Origin: Desulfurococcaceae archaeon
Lineage (GTDB): Archaea; Thermoproteota; Thermoprotei_A; Sulfolobales; Desulfurococcaceae
Length of the DNA stretch: 64,000 nt
Reading direction: 5' to 3'
Assembly (NCBI GenBank): GCA_038816475.1
Contig: JAWBAI010000001.1
Coordinates: 96,001 to 160,000 of the forward strand
The notes beneath the pieces are model-generated. The model worked only from the letters and a program-made list of their open reading frames with translations, did no database searches and was not told the DNA's origin. Numbering within the stretch: the first letter of the stretch is position 1; each line of letters begins with the position of its first letter. Positions 39,640-50,473 of the stretch are shown piece after piece. The translations under genes and the position numbers were made by a program.

Positions 39640-39945
39640 TTGCTTAATGTAGCAAAGCTTGTGGAAAACACTGTTAAGTATCTTAGAGGAGAAGGCATTT
39701 ATGTACTAGAATGTAGAATAAAGGAGAAAGCTACAAAGTTCGAGATTAACATGAAACTGGATAAAAATCCTGCCGGCCTAAGCTATGTTAAAATACAAAT
39801 TAGTAAGGATGGAAAAAAGATAAGGGTTTTTACTCGGAGAACTAGTTTTGACTTAAGAATAAAGAGGTTCATAAGAAGAGAACTGGAGAAAATGGCGGGT
39901 TACTTTGAAACTACCTCACAAGAAGAGGATACAGGTAGCAGTTGA
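39640..39945 (+). CDS. hypothetical protein
   Basis: 101-aa basic ORF overlapping the next gene. Confidence 0.65.
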   Translation: MLNVAKLVENTVKYLRGEGIYVLECRIKEKATKFEINMKLDKNPAGLSYVKIQISKDGKKIRVFTRRTSFDLRIKRFIRRELEKMAGYFETTSQEEDTGSS

Positions 39946-40687
39946 GCTTTTGAGTGAGTTTATGAAGAACCTGGACAGCATTGATAGAAGTAAAGCTGTT
40001 GAAATGCTTAGAAGAATGTACGGTATTAGGAAGCTTCAGCCTATAAAGGGAAAAGCGAATCCACCAGATATATTCGACAAAGAAATGGCAACCTTGTACG
40101 TGATCGGGAAATACGGCTTAAAGCTCGATAGTGAATTCCCGGAGCTCTTCGACAAGGTATTCTACATTGAAAAAATACTAGACGATGCTGTAGGAGACGT
40201 ACTGGAAGGGAGGATCGAGGAGGTTAAAGAGAAACTTAAGAAGAGTTCACATAGCGGAGTCGTGGACAGTAACATAGTAGCAAGAATGCTCAGAATACCC
40301 TTAACAAAGTTCATTCTCGGATTTACTAACGAGAACGAACTAAGAGAGGTTCTGCAAAAAACCGCTAAAGCTTTACCGGATGAGGAGCGAACCGTTAATA
40401 ACTACGCGAAGTTCTTTGTTAGTTTAAAGCTTGCTGAAATGATCTATAAGGGTGAGGTCAAGTCCAAGGAGGAGAAAGAGGCGTTTAAGAAAGCACTAGC
40501 TATAAGGGTAGGCTTCCCGAGAGCAACTCCTAGTGATGACTACGTGAGAGTTATTGCGAAAAACGTTTTCGGAATAAGTGATGAGGTTCTTGATAAGCTT
40601 TTAACGAAGCCCCATGAACGCCATGGAACGACTGCTACTGTTGAGAAGAGAGCTGAACCAGAACACCGCGATCTTGGAGCTTCTTGA
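39905..40687 (+). CDS. DUF2192-like conserved crenarchaeal protein
   Basis: PPDIFDKEMATLYVIGKYGL, ARMLR. Confidence 0.7.
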   Translation: MKLPHKKRIQVAVELLSEFMKNLDSIDRSKAVEMLRRMYGIRKLQPIKGKANPPDIFDKEMATLYVIGKYGLKLDSEFPELFDKVFYIEKILDDAVGDVLEGRIEEVKEKLKKSSHSGVVDSNIVARMLRIPLTKFILGFTNENELREVLQKTAKALPDEERTVNNYAKFFVSLKLAEMIYKGEVKSKEEKEAFKKALAIRVGFPRATPSDDYVRVIAKNVFGISDEVLDKLLTKPHERHGTTATVEKRAEPEHRDLGAS

Positions 40688-43286
40688 TAACCATATCGTG
40701 TAGTCTAGCTAGAAGCTTCCTCATATCTTCCATCAAAACGACATCGGTATACCCGTGAACAACTATGCTATGAGCGAATGGTGATGGAGCATCCTGCGAG
40801 TAGATCTGAACCACATCAATACTTCCGTTCTGAACAGCTCTAAGTACCTCAACAGCTTCATCTATGTGCATGTAGTCCATCAGTATTTCCCTGTAGGTTT
40901 CCTTCAGAACAGGAAAGTTGGGTATTTCTTCAACAGCTTTAAGTAGCTCCTCGGCATTCAGCTGAAGCTTGTAAAGTGATTTCTCAGCGTCCTTGTACCT
41001 TCTAAGTAACATAAAGCTTCTAACAGCAACATGCCTGAACCTTCTCTTTATCAGATCCGTTTTCCTGACAACCTTTACCAGGATGTCCCATGCATTGTCA
41101 ACAGGTATGGACTTGAATAATCTTACATAATCAGCGTTTGGATGTCCGGGGATACTCAGCATAAAGCCGTTGTCTGTGACAGTGATTTTAACATTTACTC
41201 CGAGAGATGAGCCAACAACGTAAGCGTATAGCCTCGCAAGGGCTTCGTTTGCTTTTCTCCCAAATATGGAGTGCACAATTATATTTCGCCTACTCGGTTC
41301 ATCGAATATTTCTATTGCTATAAGCTTATCTGAAGGCACAACGTTATTGGTATATAGCTTCTGCTCCAAAATATAGTTATATATTGCTTCGGCGGCGTGG
41401 GATTCTAACCGGTACTCTTTGACCAAGAACTTTATAACCTCTTCTTTACTGTACTTGTCTATGAGCTCTGATACCAAGCGCCTAAACTTACCCACTTCTA
41501 CTGCAGAATCATATGCTAACGGCAACATCTCGCTAAACCAGACAGGAACAGTAGGTCTTTGTCCATCAGCTCTCTTAACGATAGCTGTGAACCCCCTACT
41601 ACCTATGAACTCGTATACACGACCACCCAGTATGAACAAGTCTCCTGGTGTTAAGTACTCGACAAAACCCTCTTCTAGGTCACCCACGTATCTACCCTCC
41701 GTAGTGAAAACTCTAACTTTGCTCTCATCTGGTATTACACCCAGGTTCAAGTAGTAGATCATTCTAGTAGTCTTCTTTCTTCCGAACACGCTTTTCTCCT
41801 CATCAAGCCATATCTTTGCGTATACTCGCTGATGCTCGTAAAAGTCTCCGAGCCTACCAGCTAAGTAGTACACAACGTTAAGAAAGTCCTGGTAGCTTAG
41901 ATCGTGGAACGTATAGGTTCTTTTAATAAGCCTGTAGGCTTCCTTCAATCCCCAGTCTTTTTCAAGTGCTAAACCAACTATGTGCTGCGCGAGAACGTCT
42001 AGTGAGATCTTAGGAATCCTGATTCTATCGATCCTCCTTTCGGAGGCTAACTTGCATAGAACTGCACACTCTATTAGGTCATCCCTGTCAACGGCTATTA
42101 CTCTGCCCTTACTCACTTCGCGTATATGGTGCCCTGATCTTCCAACTCTCTGTAACAATCTTGTTGCACTCTTAGGGCTACTCAGTAGTACAACTAGGTC
42201 TATGTAGCCTATGTCTATACCTAGTTCAAGGGAAGTAGAGCTAACTACGGCTTTCAACTCGCCTCTCTTTAGCTTGTTCTCTATTTCTAGTCTTTGTTCT
42301 CTACTCAAACTACTGTGATGAGCTTCTATTTCATCAACATTTACTATTTTCTCCTTCTCCATGATCTTTCTAAGTTTGAATACTACTCTCTCGGTAGCGC
42401 TCCTCGTGTTTGTGAATATTAGTGTTGTTCTATGTCTCTTTACAAGCTCCACGATCTTCTTGTATATAGATTCGTTGATGACATCAGCTGGCGTGTGCAC
42501 TAAGTCTGTAACTGGTGCAATTACACGTATATCAGCTCTTTTATCGAATCTCGCATCTACTATATAGCAATCTCTCGGAGTGTCGTCATCGTTGAATCCT
42601 ACAAGGAATAAAGCGACTTCCTCGAGTGGAGCAATAGTTGCACTAAGCCCTATTCTTTGAATAGGTCTACCAACGAGGTTTTCCAACCTCTCGATACTAA
42701 CAGATAGATGACTTCCACGCTTACTTGATGCTAGGTCGTGTATTTCATCAACTACTACAACTCGAACATTTCTAAGAGCTTCTCTAAACCTGGGCGCGTT
42801 GAGAGCTAGTGCTAAACTTTCAGGGGTTGTTATCAGAATATGAGGCGGGTTTTTACTCATCTTCTGCTTCTCGTGTGGTGAGGTATCACTGGTGCGAACA
42901 GCTATTCTTATTTCGGGGAGTTCTAATCCCATGGACTTCGCTGTTTCAACAATACCCTGAACAGGTTCGTATAGGTTTTTCTTCATGTCGTTGTTGAGAG
43001 CTCTTAAGGGACTAACATATACTACGTATACGCCACTTGGCAGTTCTCCATGCTTTTCGTAGTACTCGTACATGTTGTCAATTATTCCTAGAAATACCGC
43101 GAGAGTTTTACCAGTTCCAGTAGGGCTTGAAACTAGAACATTGTACCCTTTCTTAACCAGTGGAATAGTTTTTCTCTGAACAGGCGTCATTTCTGTGTAC
43201 TTTCTTTTAAACCACTCAGACACGTATGGTCTTAAGAATCCAAGAACGCTTTTTTCATCGGGTTCATCGTTGCTGTAGATAAGCAC
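40635..43286 (-). CDS. lhr: Lhr-family ATP-dependent helicase
   Basis: SPTGTGKT, SPLRALNND, DEIH, SLELGID, LLQRVGRSGH, PSPFA. Confidence 0.92.
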   Translation of the reverse strand: MLIYSNDEPDEKSVLGFLRPYVSEWFKRKYTEMTPVQRKTIPLVKKGYNVLVSSPTGTGKTLAVFLGIIDNMYEYYEKHGELPSGVYVVYVSPLRALNNDMKKNLYEPVQGIVETAKSMGLELPEIRIAVRTSDTSPHEKQKMSKNPPHILITTPESLALALNAPRFREALRNVRVVVVDEIHDLASSKRGSHLSVSIERLENLVGRPIQRIGLSATIAPLEEVALFLVGFNDDDTPRDCYIVDARFDKRADIRVIAPVTDLVHTPADVINESIYKKIVELVKRHRTTLIFTNTRSATERVVFKLRKIMEKEKIVNVDEIEAHHSSLSREQRLEIENKLKRGELKAVVSSTSLELGIDIGYIDLVVLLSSPKSATRLLQRVGRSGHHIREVSKGRVIAVDRDDLIECAVLCKLASERRIDRIRIPKISLDVLAQHIVGLALEKDWGLKEAYRLIKRTYTFHDLSYQDFLNVVYYLAGRLGDFYEHQRVYAKIWLDEEKSVFGRKKTTRMIYYLNLGVIPDESKVRVFTTEGRYVGDLEEGFVEYLTPGDLFILGGRVYEFIGSRGFTAIVKRADGQRPTVPVWFSEMLPLAYDSAVEVGKFRRLVSELIDKYSKEEVIKFLVKEYRLESHAAEAIYNYILEQKLYTNNVVPSDKLIAIEIFDEPSRRNIIVHSIFGRKANEALARLYAYVVGSSLGVNVKITVTDNGFMLSIPGHPNADYVRLFKSIPVDNAWDILVKVVRKTDLIKRRFRHVAVRSFMLLRRYKDAEKSLYKLQLNAEELLKAVEEIPNFPVLKETYREILMDYMHIDEAVEVLRAVQNGSIDVVQIYSQDAPSPFAHSIVVHGYTDVVLMEDMRKLLARLHDMVIKKLQDRGVLVQLSSQQ

Positions 43287-43363
43287 GTAAGCATCACCTA
43301 GTATTAAAATTGATTGTTGTTAAGATTTAAACCAAGAATTCCGTGCTAGCGTAGATCGAGCTA

Positions 43364-44803
43364 TCACCTGTAGAACACGTCCTTTCTAAATCTCAGTGTT
43401 ACATAGAGGAATGGAAGCATAAACATGCACAGAGTAATGCTTGTTAAGTGGTACCCTTTCATAAAGGATGGAATGGCTCCAAACGCAAAGTATACTCCAA
43501 GAGCTAATTCTAGTGGAAACCTAGGGGATCTGTACATTTTCTGGTAAAGCCCTTTCGGAGTACGCTTGTACTCTTCCTTTACTCTGAGAAGAGCTTTAAT
43601 AGTAGATACTGCAACATAGGGTGAAGACGCTGTTCCCAAAGCTGTGAGTCTACCTGATAACGTGAGGAACTCTCTAACACTCTTTCTACGGGACTCGAAA
43701 TACATCAGTAGCGTGTATATGATCATTGTGAAGAACCAGGCTAAGAATAGTGGAAACACACGTTCAACGTAATCAGCAGGGTTAAGCGCTGTGATGGTGG
43801 ATAGTACCACAGCACCAGTAAAGGACAGAGCTGAAGGAACATACTGAAGAAGGTATAACAGAGCTTCCAGTTTTACGATCAACGGTGACTTCGAGAAGAT
43901 GAAGCACTTTAACCTTGATAATGCTGCATCCAGTGCACCATAGGCCCATCTTGATTGCTGAACCCTGAAGCTTTTATACGTTGAGGGGTTTTCCACCTTA
44001 ATTGCGTACTCATCTAGATACACTACTCTATATCCTTTGTAAAGTAACCTTGCTCCAAGCTCAGCATCGTCTTGTATTCTCGCTGGATCCCAGCCTTTCA
44101 AAACTTCTTTTAATTGATAGGCTTTGTAGAGCGTGCCCGTTCCGAGAGGGTATATGTGAAAGCCGAGTCTACTTCGAGCATCAAATAGTATCTTCCTGAT
44201 AAACTCCAACCCGAACGCAAGTGCCTCGCTTACTCTACTATCGAGATTTAGAGGTTCCCAGCGTCCCACTACTCCTAAACACGTATCGCACTCCTCCAGC
44301 AAGCTTACTGCCTTGTAGAAAAAGTCTCGTTCAGGCATAGTGTCAACATCGTAAACATAGATGTAACGGCCGATCGATGCATATAAGCCTACGTTAAGAG
44401 CACCTGTTCTCATTCCAACGGGTTCACTTCGCCAAATAAACCACACGTTAATACCTTCTTTTCTCGCGTTCTCAACTATCTTCAGGATCTGCTCTTTGTC
44501 TTCTTCACTATCGTCAGATACAAGAATGATCTCGTAGTTTGGCAACCCCAGAGATTTAACGTGGTTTAGAGCTCTAGATATGTACTCAAGCGGTTCTTTT
44601 CTCACAGGTAGAATGAAAGAGATTTCGCTTGAAGTTGAAGTAATATCTTTTGCTTGAACTACAGTTCTCTTACGCTTATTCACCCTACTCATCACAATGT
44701 AGAATGTGTGAACAAGAAAAGTGCATATTTGAGGTGCAAGAACAAGCACAGCTGCTACTACTCCAATGATGTACAGCGAGTTCAAGTTCGTAGACCCCTT
44801 CAT
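43364..44803 (-). CDS. Membrane GT2 glycosyltransferase (cellulose-synthase-like)
   Basis: SDD, DVD, QDD, QQSRW motifs; several TM helices; RTPK. Confidence 0.88.
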   Translation of the reverse strand: MKGSTNLNSLYIIGVVAAVLVLAPQICTFLVHTFYIVMSRVNKRKRTVVQAKDITSTSSEISFILPVRKEPLEYISRALNHVKSLGLPNYEIILVSDDSEEDKEQILKIVENARKEGINVWFIWRSEPVGMRTGALNVGLYASIGRYIYVYDVDTMPERDFFYKAVSLLEECDTCLGVVGRWEPLNLDSRVSEALAFGLEFIRKILFDARSRLGFHIYPLGTGTLYKAYQLKEVLKGWDPARIQDDAELGARLLYKGYRVVYLDEYAIKVENPSTYKSFRVQQSRWAYGALDAALSRLKCFIFSKSPLIVKLEALLYLLQYVPSALSFTGAVVLSTITALNPADYVERVFPLFLAWFFTMIIYTLLMYFESRRKSVREFLTLSGRLTALGTASSPYVAVSTIKALLRVKEEYKRTPKGLYQKMYRSPRFPLELALGVYFAFGAIPSFMKGYHLTSITLCMFMLPFLYVTLRFRKDVFYR

Positions 44804-44878
44804 CCGAGAGTACGGTTGCTACATAAGCTCTTTACATATATATGTGCCTTCTCTAATTTAGATAATGGGGATTGGATT

Positions 44879-45517
44879 TTGATTATAACGTGGCATGGAC
44901 ACGCTTGTATATCATTAACGATCAACGGCTACACAGTCGTAGTAGACCCTCACGATGGTACTAGTATCGGAATTAAAAGACCTGAGGTCAAAGCCGACCT
45001 TGTACTCGTTACGCACGATCACTTCGACCATAATGCGGTTAAGGTTGTCGCTAAGGAACGTACACGCGTTTTCAAAATGTTCTACGGAGAGTCGCTTGTA
45101 GACAATATCAGGATCACTGGCCTAAGAACATACCACGACAAGTTCAAAGGCAGGAGAAGGGGTGAAAACGCTATATATGTTATTGAGGCGGAAGGCTACA
45201 GAATAGCTCACTTAGGTGACCTCGGTGAAATACCGAGCGACGACGTGCTGTCGAAGATCAAAGGTGTTCACTTACTTGCCGTACCAGTCGGTGGTACCTT
45301 TACGATAGAGCCTGAGGAAGCTTGGCTCATCGTTGAGAAAACGCAACCCCTTAATGTTCTACCAATGCACTACTGGATACCTGGATCAACACTTCCGCTT
45401 AAACCAGTTGAAGAATTTCTCAAGCACGTTAAGAACTACGATGTGGTAAAACTGACCAAGAATTCGTTCAACATAGCCGATTACGCGAACAAGGTTATAG
45501 TACTTGCGCCTCCCTAG
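44879..45517 (+). CDS. Metallo-beta-lactamase-fold hydrolase
   Basis: WHGHAC, THDHFDH, HLGDLG, PMHY; TTG start at 44879 (track ORF starts at 44654). Confidence 0.9.
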   Translation: MIITWHGHACISLTINGYTVVVDPHDGTSIGIKRPEVKADLVLVTHDHFDHNAVKVVAKERTRVFKMFYGESLVDNIRITGLRTYHDKFKGRRRGENAIYVIEAEGYRIAHLGDLGEIPSDDVLSKIKGVHLLAVPVGGTFTIEPEEAWLIVEKTQPLNVLPMHYWIPGSTLPLKPVEEFLKHVKNYDVVKLTKNSFNIADYANKVIVLAPP

Positions 45518-45691
45518 CGGACCTACTGGTGTAAGACACGAAGAGGCTGTTTTAGCGGAGCTTAAATCCTTGAGAGAGCTTTCGAAAAAGTTCCTAAAGA
45601 AGTACTATGGGATGTTCAGCTACGAAGCAGAGGCTTTAATAAATAAAACTCTAATTACGTTTAGTATAGCTAGAGAAGTTTCTATGAGAAA

Positions 45692-45746
45692 ACTGTGATG
45701 AAACTTTAGGCCCCTGATGGATGAGGAGGGATCAACCGGCTGAGAG
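45692..45746 (+). ncRNA. C/D-box sRNA with two 16S rRNA guides
   Basis: C GTGATGA 45695-45701, guide AACTTTAGGCCC, D' CTGA, C' ATGAGGA, guide GGGATCAACCGG, D CTGA 45740-45743. Confidence 0.92.
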
Positions 45747-45757
45747 AGGGAAATACT

Positions 45758-46042
45758 TTGGCTTATACCTGGGAACCTCGATGGGAAGTTTTAGAGGTGA
45801 ACTACGAGGGTATAAGGTTCAAGACATGTAGAGATAAGACAACAGGCTTAATAGCATGCCCTATATGTATTCACGCGGCATCTAAGTGCTTAGGTGAAAG
45901 GCCCCCATCTAGCTACGAATACGAAAACACGTTCTTCTATAGTGTTGAGGACTTAATAGAGCATCTTAAAGGTTACCACATTCATGGCTTGAATAAGAAG
46001 ATTATGAAGCTTCTAAGCAAGAAAACAGAAGGCGAAGAATAG
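45758..46042 (+). CDS. Small C2H2-like zinc-finger protein
   Basis: GLIACPIC...F.SVEDLIEHLKGYH. Confidence 0.75.
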   Translation: MAYTWEPRWEVLEVNYEGIRFKTCRDKTTGLIACPICIHAASKCLGERPPSSYEYENTFFYSVEDLIEHLKGYHIHGLNKKIMKLLSKKTEGEE

Positions 46043-46044
46043 AA

Positions 46045-46881
46045 GTGAAAAAATTCTGTGTTTATGGTAATCCAACGATAGATGTAATTGAGCTGGAAAC
46101 GAGTGAAAAGTACGTAGCTTACGGTGGAGGAGCATACTACTCTTCACTACCACTACTGGAAGCTCGCGAAGAAGTAAGCATTTATTCAGTGTACAGTCCA
46201 CTCTTAGTTAAACATCCTGTTTCCCGGTTTTTAGTTAAAAAGCAGTACTCACCTAGAGCGAACATTTTCATTCTTGAATACAAACATGGTACTAGAAGAA
46301 TTAAGGTACTGGATGTAGCACCACCTCTGTATCCGTGGAATGTGCAGGAAGAAGAGTGCTACGCGATAGTAAACCCTGTTTTAGGTGAAGTAGGAGTAGG
46401 CATACTAAAGGAGCTTAGTTGTAGATCTCCGGCTGTAGCTATGGATGTTCAAGGATTCCTCAGAGAGGTGATCAAGGGCTACATTGAGATAAGGCCTTCG
46501 GCCGAAGCTCTGCTGGCGATTTCCATGGTTGAAGTTGTTCACTTGGATATCGAAGAACTATGCGCGCTTATGGGGTATACGGAGATTAAAGAAGCTCTTA
46601 GCAAGCTATCTCGATATGTAAAAAGAGTAGCTGTGGTAACAGTAAGACCCAACCATGCGTTTATAGTTACTCAGCATGGCTATAAAAGCGTAAGTTTCGA
46701 GAACACCCCTATAGTAAAGGATAAGACGGGATCTGGAGATTATTATCTTTCTTCTTACTTTTACAATTACATACTGCATGGAGATGAAGTAGAAGCAGCG
46801 TACAAAGCACACGAGCGCACGTCAGCGTGGTTGGCACGGCGTGGTAAGCAAACTCCAATAGCTAACTGTGGCTTAAATTAA
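46045..46881 (+). CDS. PfkB/ribokinase-family kinase
   Basis: GNPTID, GGGAYY, DVQGFLR, DKTGSGD. Confidence 0.85.
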   Translation: MKKFCVYGNPTIDVIELETSEKYVAYGGGAYYSSLPLLEAREEVSIYSVYSPLLVKHPVSRFLVKKQYSPRANIFILEYKHGTRRIKVLDVAPPLYPWNVQEEECYAIVNPVLGEVGVGILKELSCRSPAVAMDVQGFLREVIKGYIEIRPSAEALLAISMVEVVHLDIEELCALMGYTEIKEALSKLSRYVKRVAVVTVRPNHAFIVTQHGYKSVSFENTPIVKDKTGSGDYYLSSYFYNYILHGDEVEAAYKAHERTSAWLARRGKQTPIANCGLN

Positions 46882-47238
46882 CGCAACCTCCGGAAATCCA
46901 CCATCGAAGTTTACTTTACCCAGTATAAGAGTAGGCTGTTGCTCTCTCCTCTGGGGCAGACCCACATGGCTCATTATAGCTTCCTTGAGCTCTTTTCTCG
47001 AGGGAGCTCTACCAATGAACCTTAGTTTACCGTTGATGAATATTTTTGGAAGGTCAGCGATTTCCGATTCAAAAGGATCCGCAAGCCAGACGTGTATTGG
47101 AATTATTTCAACCCATGTATTGTACTTGTCGAGTAGTTCTTCAGCTACATCAAATAGAGTTTTGAGAGCTTTATCGCTTTCTACGCTAAAGTCGAGTTGA
47201 ATTTCAACAACAACCTTTTCCACGTCGCTTAGTTCCAT
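46873..47238 (-). CDS. Thioredoxin-like fold hypothetical protein
   Basis: LPKIFING..FIGRAPS; no CxxC. Confidence 0.6.
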   Translation of the reverse strand: MELSDVEKVVVEIQLDFSVESDKALKTLFDVAEELLDKYNTWVEIIPIHVWLADPFESEIADLPKIFINGKLRFIGRAPSRKELKEAIMSHVGLPQRREQQPTLILGKVNFDGGFPEVALI

Positions 47239-47287
47239 TAAATCCCTTTAGAGCTATCCACCTAGGTTTTACTTAAAAATCAAAAGT

Positions 47288-48673
47288 CTAAGTAATACTA
47301 CTTTCCTTCTTGTAAGGGTGTATGTAGTCTTTTGGTGCTCTGCTGAACACTTCAAGGTATTTTCTGAGGACTCTTGGAATGGTGATTGTTCCATCCTCAT
47401 TCTGGAAGTTCTCCAGTATGGCGGTTATTGTTCTTGTGCTAGCTATAGCAGTACTGTTTAGCGTGTGAACATACTCTTTAATCATCCCCTTTCTCCTTAC
47501 AAGCCTTATCTTTAGCCTGTAGCTTTGCCAATCCGTTGTATTACTGCAGCTCACCATCTCTCTGTAGAGACCCTGGGCGGGCATCCACACCTCAAGATCG
47601 TACTTCTTAGCAGCAGGTGCACCTAGGTCTCCGCTTGCTATGTTAACTACTCTGTAAGGTAGTTCAAGTCCTTGGAAAAGCTCCTCAGCATTCCTAATAA
47701 GCTCCTCCATCAGGTCCCAGCTTTCCTCGGGTTTAGCAAATACGTATTGTTCAACCTTGTGAAACTGATGAACTCTGAATATCCCCTTCAAGTCCCTAGA
47801 ACCAGCACCAGCTTCTTTTCTAAAACATGGAGATACTCCAACGTACTTTATTGGGAGCTCTTCTTCTGGTATATCCTCGAACGCGTGTAGCGCGGCCAAC
47901 GAGTGCTCAGCTGTAGCTATCAGGTAGAGGTCTTCCCCTTCGATCTTGTATATCGCATCTTTGAAGGTGTTTAAGTCTATTACACCCATCATCACTTTAT
48001 GTCTAAGCATGTAAGGTGGAAGAACAAGCCTGTAGCCTTTACTCGTAAGGTGATCTATAGCATACATCAGCAGAGCCATGTCGAGGAACACTATGTCGTC
48101 GAATAAGTAATAGAACCTGCTACCAGCTACTTCGCCTGCTTTGATGGTGTTTCCAAGGCCTAACACGTTCTCAAGCATATCAGCATGGCCTACAGGCTTG
48201 CGCTCTATAAGCTCATACTCTACTTTGAAACCGTACTTCTCGGTTTGTTGCTTAAACTGCTCTAGGTAGCCAATCCAGACTTTAGGTTTACCCCAGAATC
48301 TTATAGGAACATTGAATGAGTCGTCGGGTCCTATTGGTACACTTTCGTGAACTATATTAGGAAGAGCGAGAAGAGCTTCTTCTCTTTCATCTTCAATTTT
48401 CCTCAGCTCGGATTCTAGCTTTGCTAGTTCCTCAAGTGTTCTTTTCGCTTCCTCGATAGCTTGTTGTCTCATTTCACCGGTTAACTTGGCTATTTGTCTA
48501 CTGATCTCGTTGTGTCTATGTCTCAGCTCCTGAACAATAGTTAACAGCTTTCTCCACTTTACGTCAAGCTCGTAGGCTTTGTCTACGATGCTCGAATCCA
48601 TGAACCTTTTTTTCACGTGCTCTTTCAGTGTATCCGGGCTTGTTCTGAGCAGGCTCAGTATACTCCAGCTCAT
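47288..48673 (-). CDS. serS: Seryl-tRNA synthetase
   Basis: [35 protein letters not shown]; ATG at 48673. Confidence 0.95.
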   Translation of the reverse strand: MSWSILSLLRTSPDTLKEHVKKRFMDSSIVDKAYELDVKWRKLLTIVQELRHRHNEISRQIAKLTGEMRQQAIEEAKRTLEELAKLESELRKIEDEREEALLALPNIVHESVPIGPDDSFNVPIRFWGKPKVWIGYLEQFKQQTEKYGFKVEYELIERKPVGHADMLENVLGLGNTIKAGEVAGSRFYYLFDDIVFLDMALLMYAIDHLTSKGYRLVLPPYMLRHKVMMGVIDLNTFKDAIYKIEGEDLYLIATAEHSLAALHAFEDIPEEELPIKYVGVSPCFRKEAGAGSRDLKGIFRVHQFHKVEQYVFAKPEESWDLMEELIRNAEELFQGLELPYRVVNIASGDLGAPAAKKYDLEVWMPAQGLYREMVSCSNTTDWQSYRLKIRLVRRKGMIKEYVHTLNSTAIASTRTITAILENFQNEDGTITIPRVLRKYLEVFSRAPKDYIHPYKKESSIT

Positions 48674-48689
48674 TAAAGTCCACCAGAAC

Positions 48690-49088
48690 TTAGCCTTTTT
48701 CCTCCTGCTCTCTACGAAGGGTGCTCTGGTACATCTCAACTATATCGTATCCGAATCTTTCTTTAAAGAGTTGCCTTCCTTTCTCGGTCATTCTTAGTGG
48801 TGTCCAGGGCGGATCGTAGATTATATCAATGTCAGCGTCTATTCTTAGCTTTTCCTTAAGCTGATCAATTATCATTAGAGGAATTATAGATGCTAGGGGG
48901 CAAAACGGTGTTGTAAGAGTCATAGTTATCTTAACATGCTTATCGTCGATCACGTCAATATTGTACACAAGTCCTAAATTGTACACGTCTACGCCCAGCT
49001 CGGGATCTACGATGGTTTCAAGGATTTCTACGATTCTTTGTTTAATTGTATCTTTGTTTACCGGGATCTCAGTCAAATAAATCACCAC
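48690..49088 (-). CDS. DUF59/SufT-like Fe-S assembly protein
   Basis: [22 protein letters not shown]. Confidence 0.9.
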   Translation of the reverse strand: MVIYLTEIPVNKDTIKQRIVEILETIVDPELGVDVYNLGLVYNIDVIDDKHVKITMTLTTPFCPLASIIPLMIIDQLKEKLRIDADIDIIYDPPWTPLRMTEKGRQLFKERFGYDIVEMYQSTLRREQEEKG

Positions 49089-49118
49089 TACTAAGAGGGA
49101 AATAGTGGTTTAGGAATT

Positions 49119-49418
49119 TTAATAGCTTGTAAACAGCTCTCTGTACTCTACGAGAAGTTCGGCGGGCGATTTGCTTGAAAGCTTCTTGGCGATCTTGTGA
49201 AGTACTTTAACCTCCTCGGGTGAAGCATAATCTATTGGGCGACCCTGCTTACCACTTCTTTCCCATTTATCCATAACCTTACTCATTATCTCTTGAACCT
49301 CGTCAAGAGAGTAAAACACAACTTTGTAGATGGCTTCATTACTTTCATCTATTAACCTTACAACTTCATTACGAAGTTTTTCAATGTCCTCCTTGTGTTT
49401 TCTTACCTTAAATATCAT
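49119..49418 (-). CDS. hypothetical protein
   Basis: 99-aa ORF in the operon; W...GRPIDYAS.EE. Confidence 0.7.
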   Translation of the reverse strand: MIFKVRKHKEDIEKLRNEVVRLIDESNEAIYKVVFYSLDEVQEIMSKVMDKWERSGKQGRPIDYASPEEVKVLHKIAKKLSSKSPAELLVEYRELFTSY

Positions 49419-49471
49419 GGTTGCACTCCGCGAATACTATGTAGTTCGTCCTTAAAATTGTTCAGCTCACA

Positions 49472-50473
49472 TTACTCGGCCAGTTCTTCTAGGAATGCGG
49501 CAAAGTCGTATGTGTGCACAGCTTTAACGGTATCAAGAGCCCATCCAAGCTTGTCTATCAGTATTAAAACTGCTGCTTGTGGTGGTATAACACCATACTC
49601 TGTTACTATGGCATCAATGTACTCTGGAGGTGTTACGTCGAATACTGGGTTTAATACCTTGACACGTGGATGCGATTTTAGCCAGTCGGATGGTACAACT
49701 TCTTCTTCGCTTCTGAACTCTATTTTGACGAGTTCTCCGAAGAGCGTTAGTGGTGAAAACTTGTACGATTCAGCTGCTACGTAAAACCTAACTCTAGCCT
49801 CCTTGGCTGCAAGAGCAACCTGGCTTGTTCCAATCTTGTTCACCACGGCACCATTACTGGCAACAGCGTCGGCGCCCACGATCACGTAGTCTACTTCATG
49901 CATGAGGTATCTAACAGCGCTATCTGGAATCTGCTCAGCGGGTATACCGTACTTCAGGAGATGCGCCATTGTAATTCTGCCTTGCATAAATGGCCTGGTC
50001 TCTGTACTGTAGACTTTTTCGATTCTGCCTTGTCTATAGGCTTCTGCTATTAGCTCTACAGCAGCTGTACTATGGCAGTGGGTGAGCACGATGGAACCGG
50101 GTTTTATCCTCTTGGCACCTATTTCGCTTATCTTTTTGACGGCTTCTCTGGAGTTTTTCACGAACTCTTCAGAGGCTGTTACAACAGCTTCTCTTGCTTC
50201 ATCAAAGTTCGTTTTACCCTTCAGAGACCTGAGAACGTACACGACAGCGTTCGGTAAACTTACGGCTGTGGGTCTCGTCGTGATCAGCATATCTCCGATC
50301 TTCACCATATACTTCTTGAAGTCCTCAACCGAGCGCAGACCACTGTAGCTTAGAGCAGCTATCTTGAGAGCGTTTGCAGCAGCTCTGGCTATTTCACCAG
50401 CGCCCCTTATTCTCATAGTTCTTATGCCATCTGCTATCTCGAGAACCTGCTCAGGGATGATAGCTCCGTTCAC
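49472..50473 (-). CDS. Ribose-1,5-bisphosphate isomerase (eIF2B-like)
   Basis: MRIRGAG, RPTAVSL, THCHS, ETRP, VGAD, NKIGT, NPVFDVTP. Confidence 0.9.
   Translation of the reverse strand: MNGAIIPEQVLEIADGIRTMRIRGAGEIARAAANALKIAALSYSGLRSVEDFKKYMVKIGDMLITTRPTAVSLPNAVVYVLRSLKGKTNFDEAREAVVTASEEFVKNSREAVKKISEIGAKRIKPGSIVLTHCHSTAAVELIAEAYRQGRIEKVYSTETRPFMQGRITMAHLLKYGIPAEQIPDSAVRYLMHEVDYVIVGADAVASNGAVVNKIGTSQVALAAKEARVRFYVAAESYKFSPLTLFGELVKIEFRSEEEVVPSDWLKSHPRVKVLNPVFDVTPPEYIDAIVTEYGVIPPQAAVLILIDKLGWALDTVKAVHTYDFAAFLEELAE

Noticed and set aside
45504-45698. 64-aa ORF between the MBL hydrolase and the sRNA
   Set aside because: No motif or SD; region probably holds the sRNA promoter; cannot support as a gene
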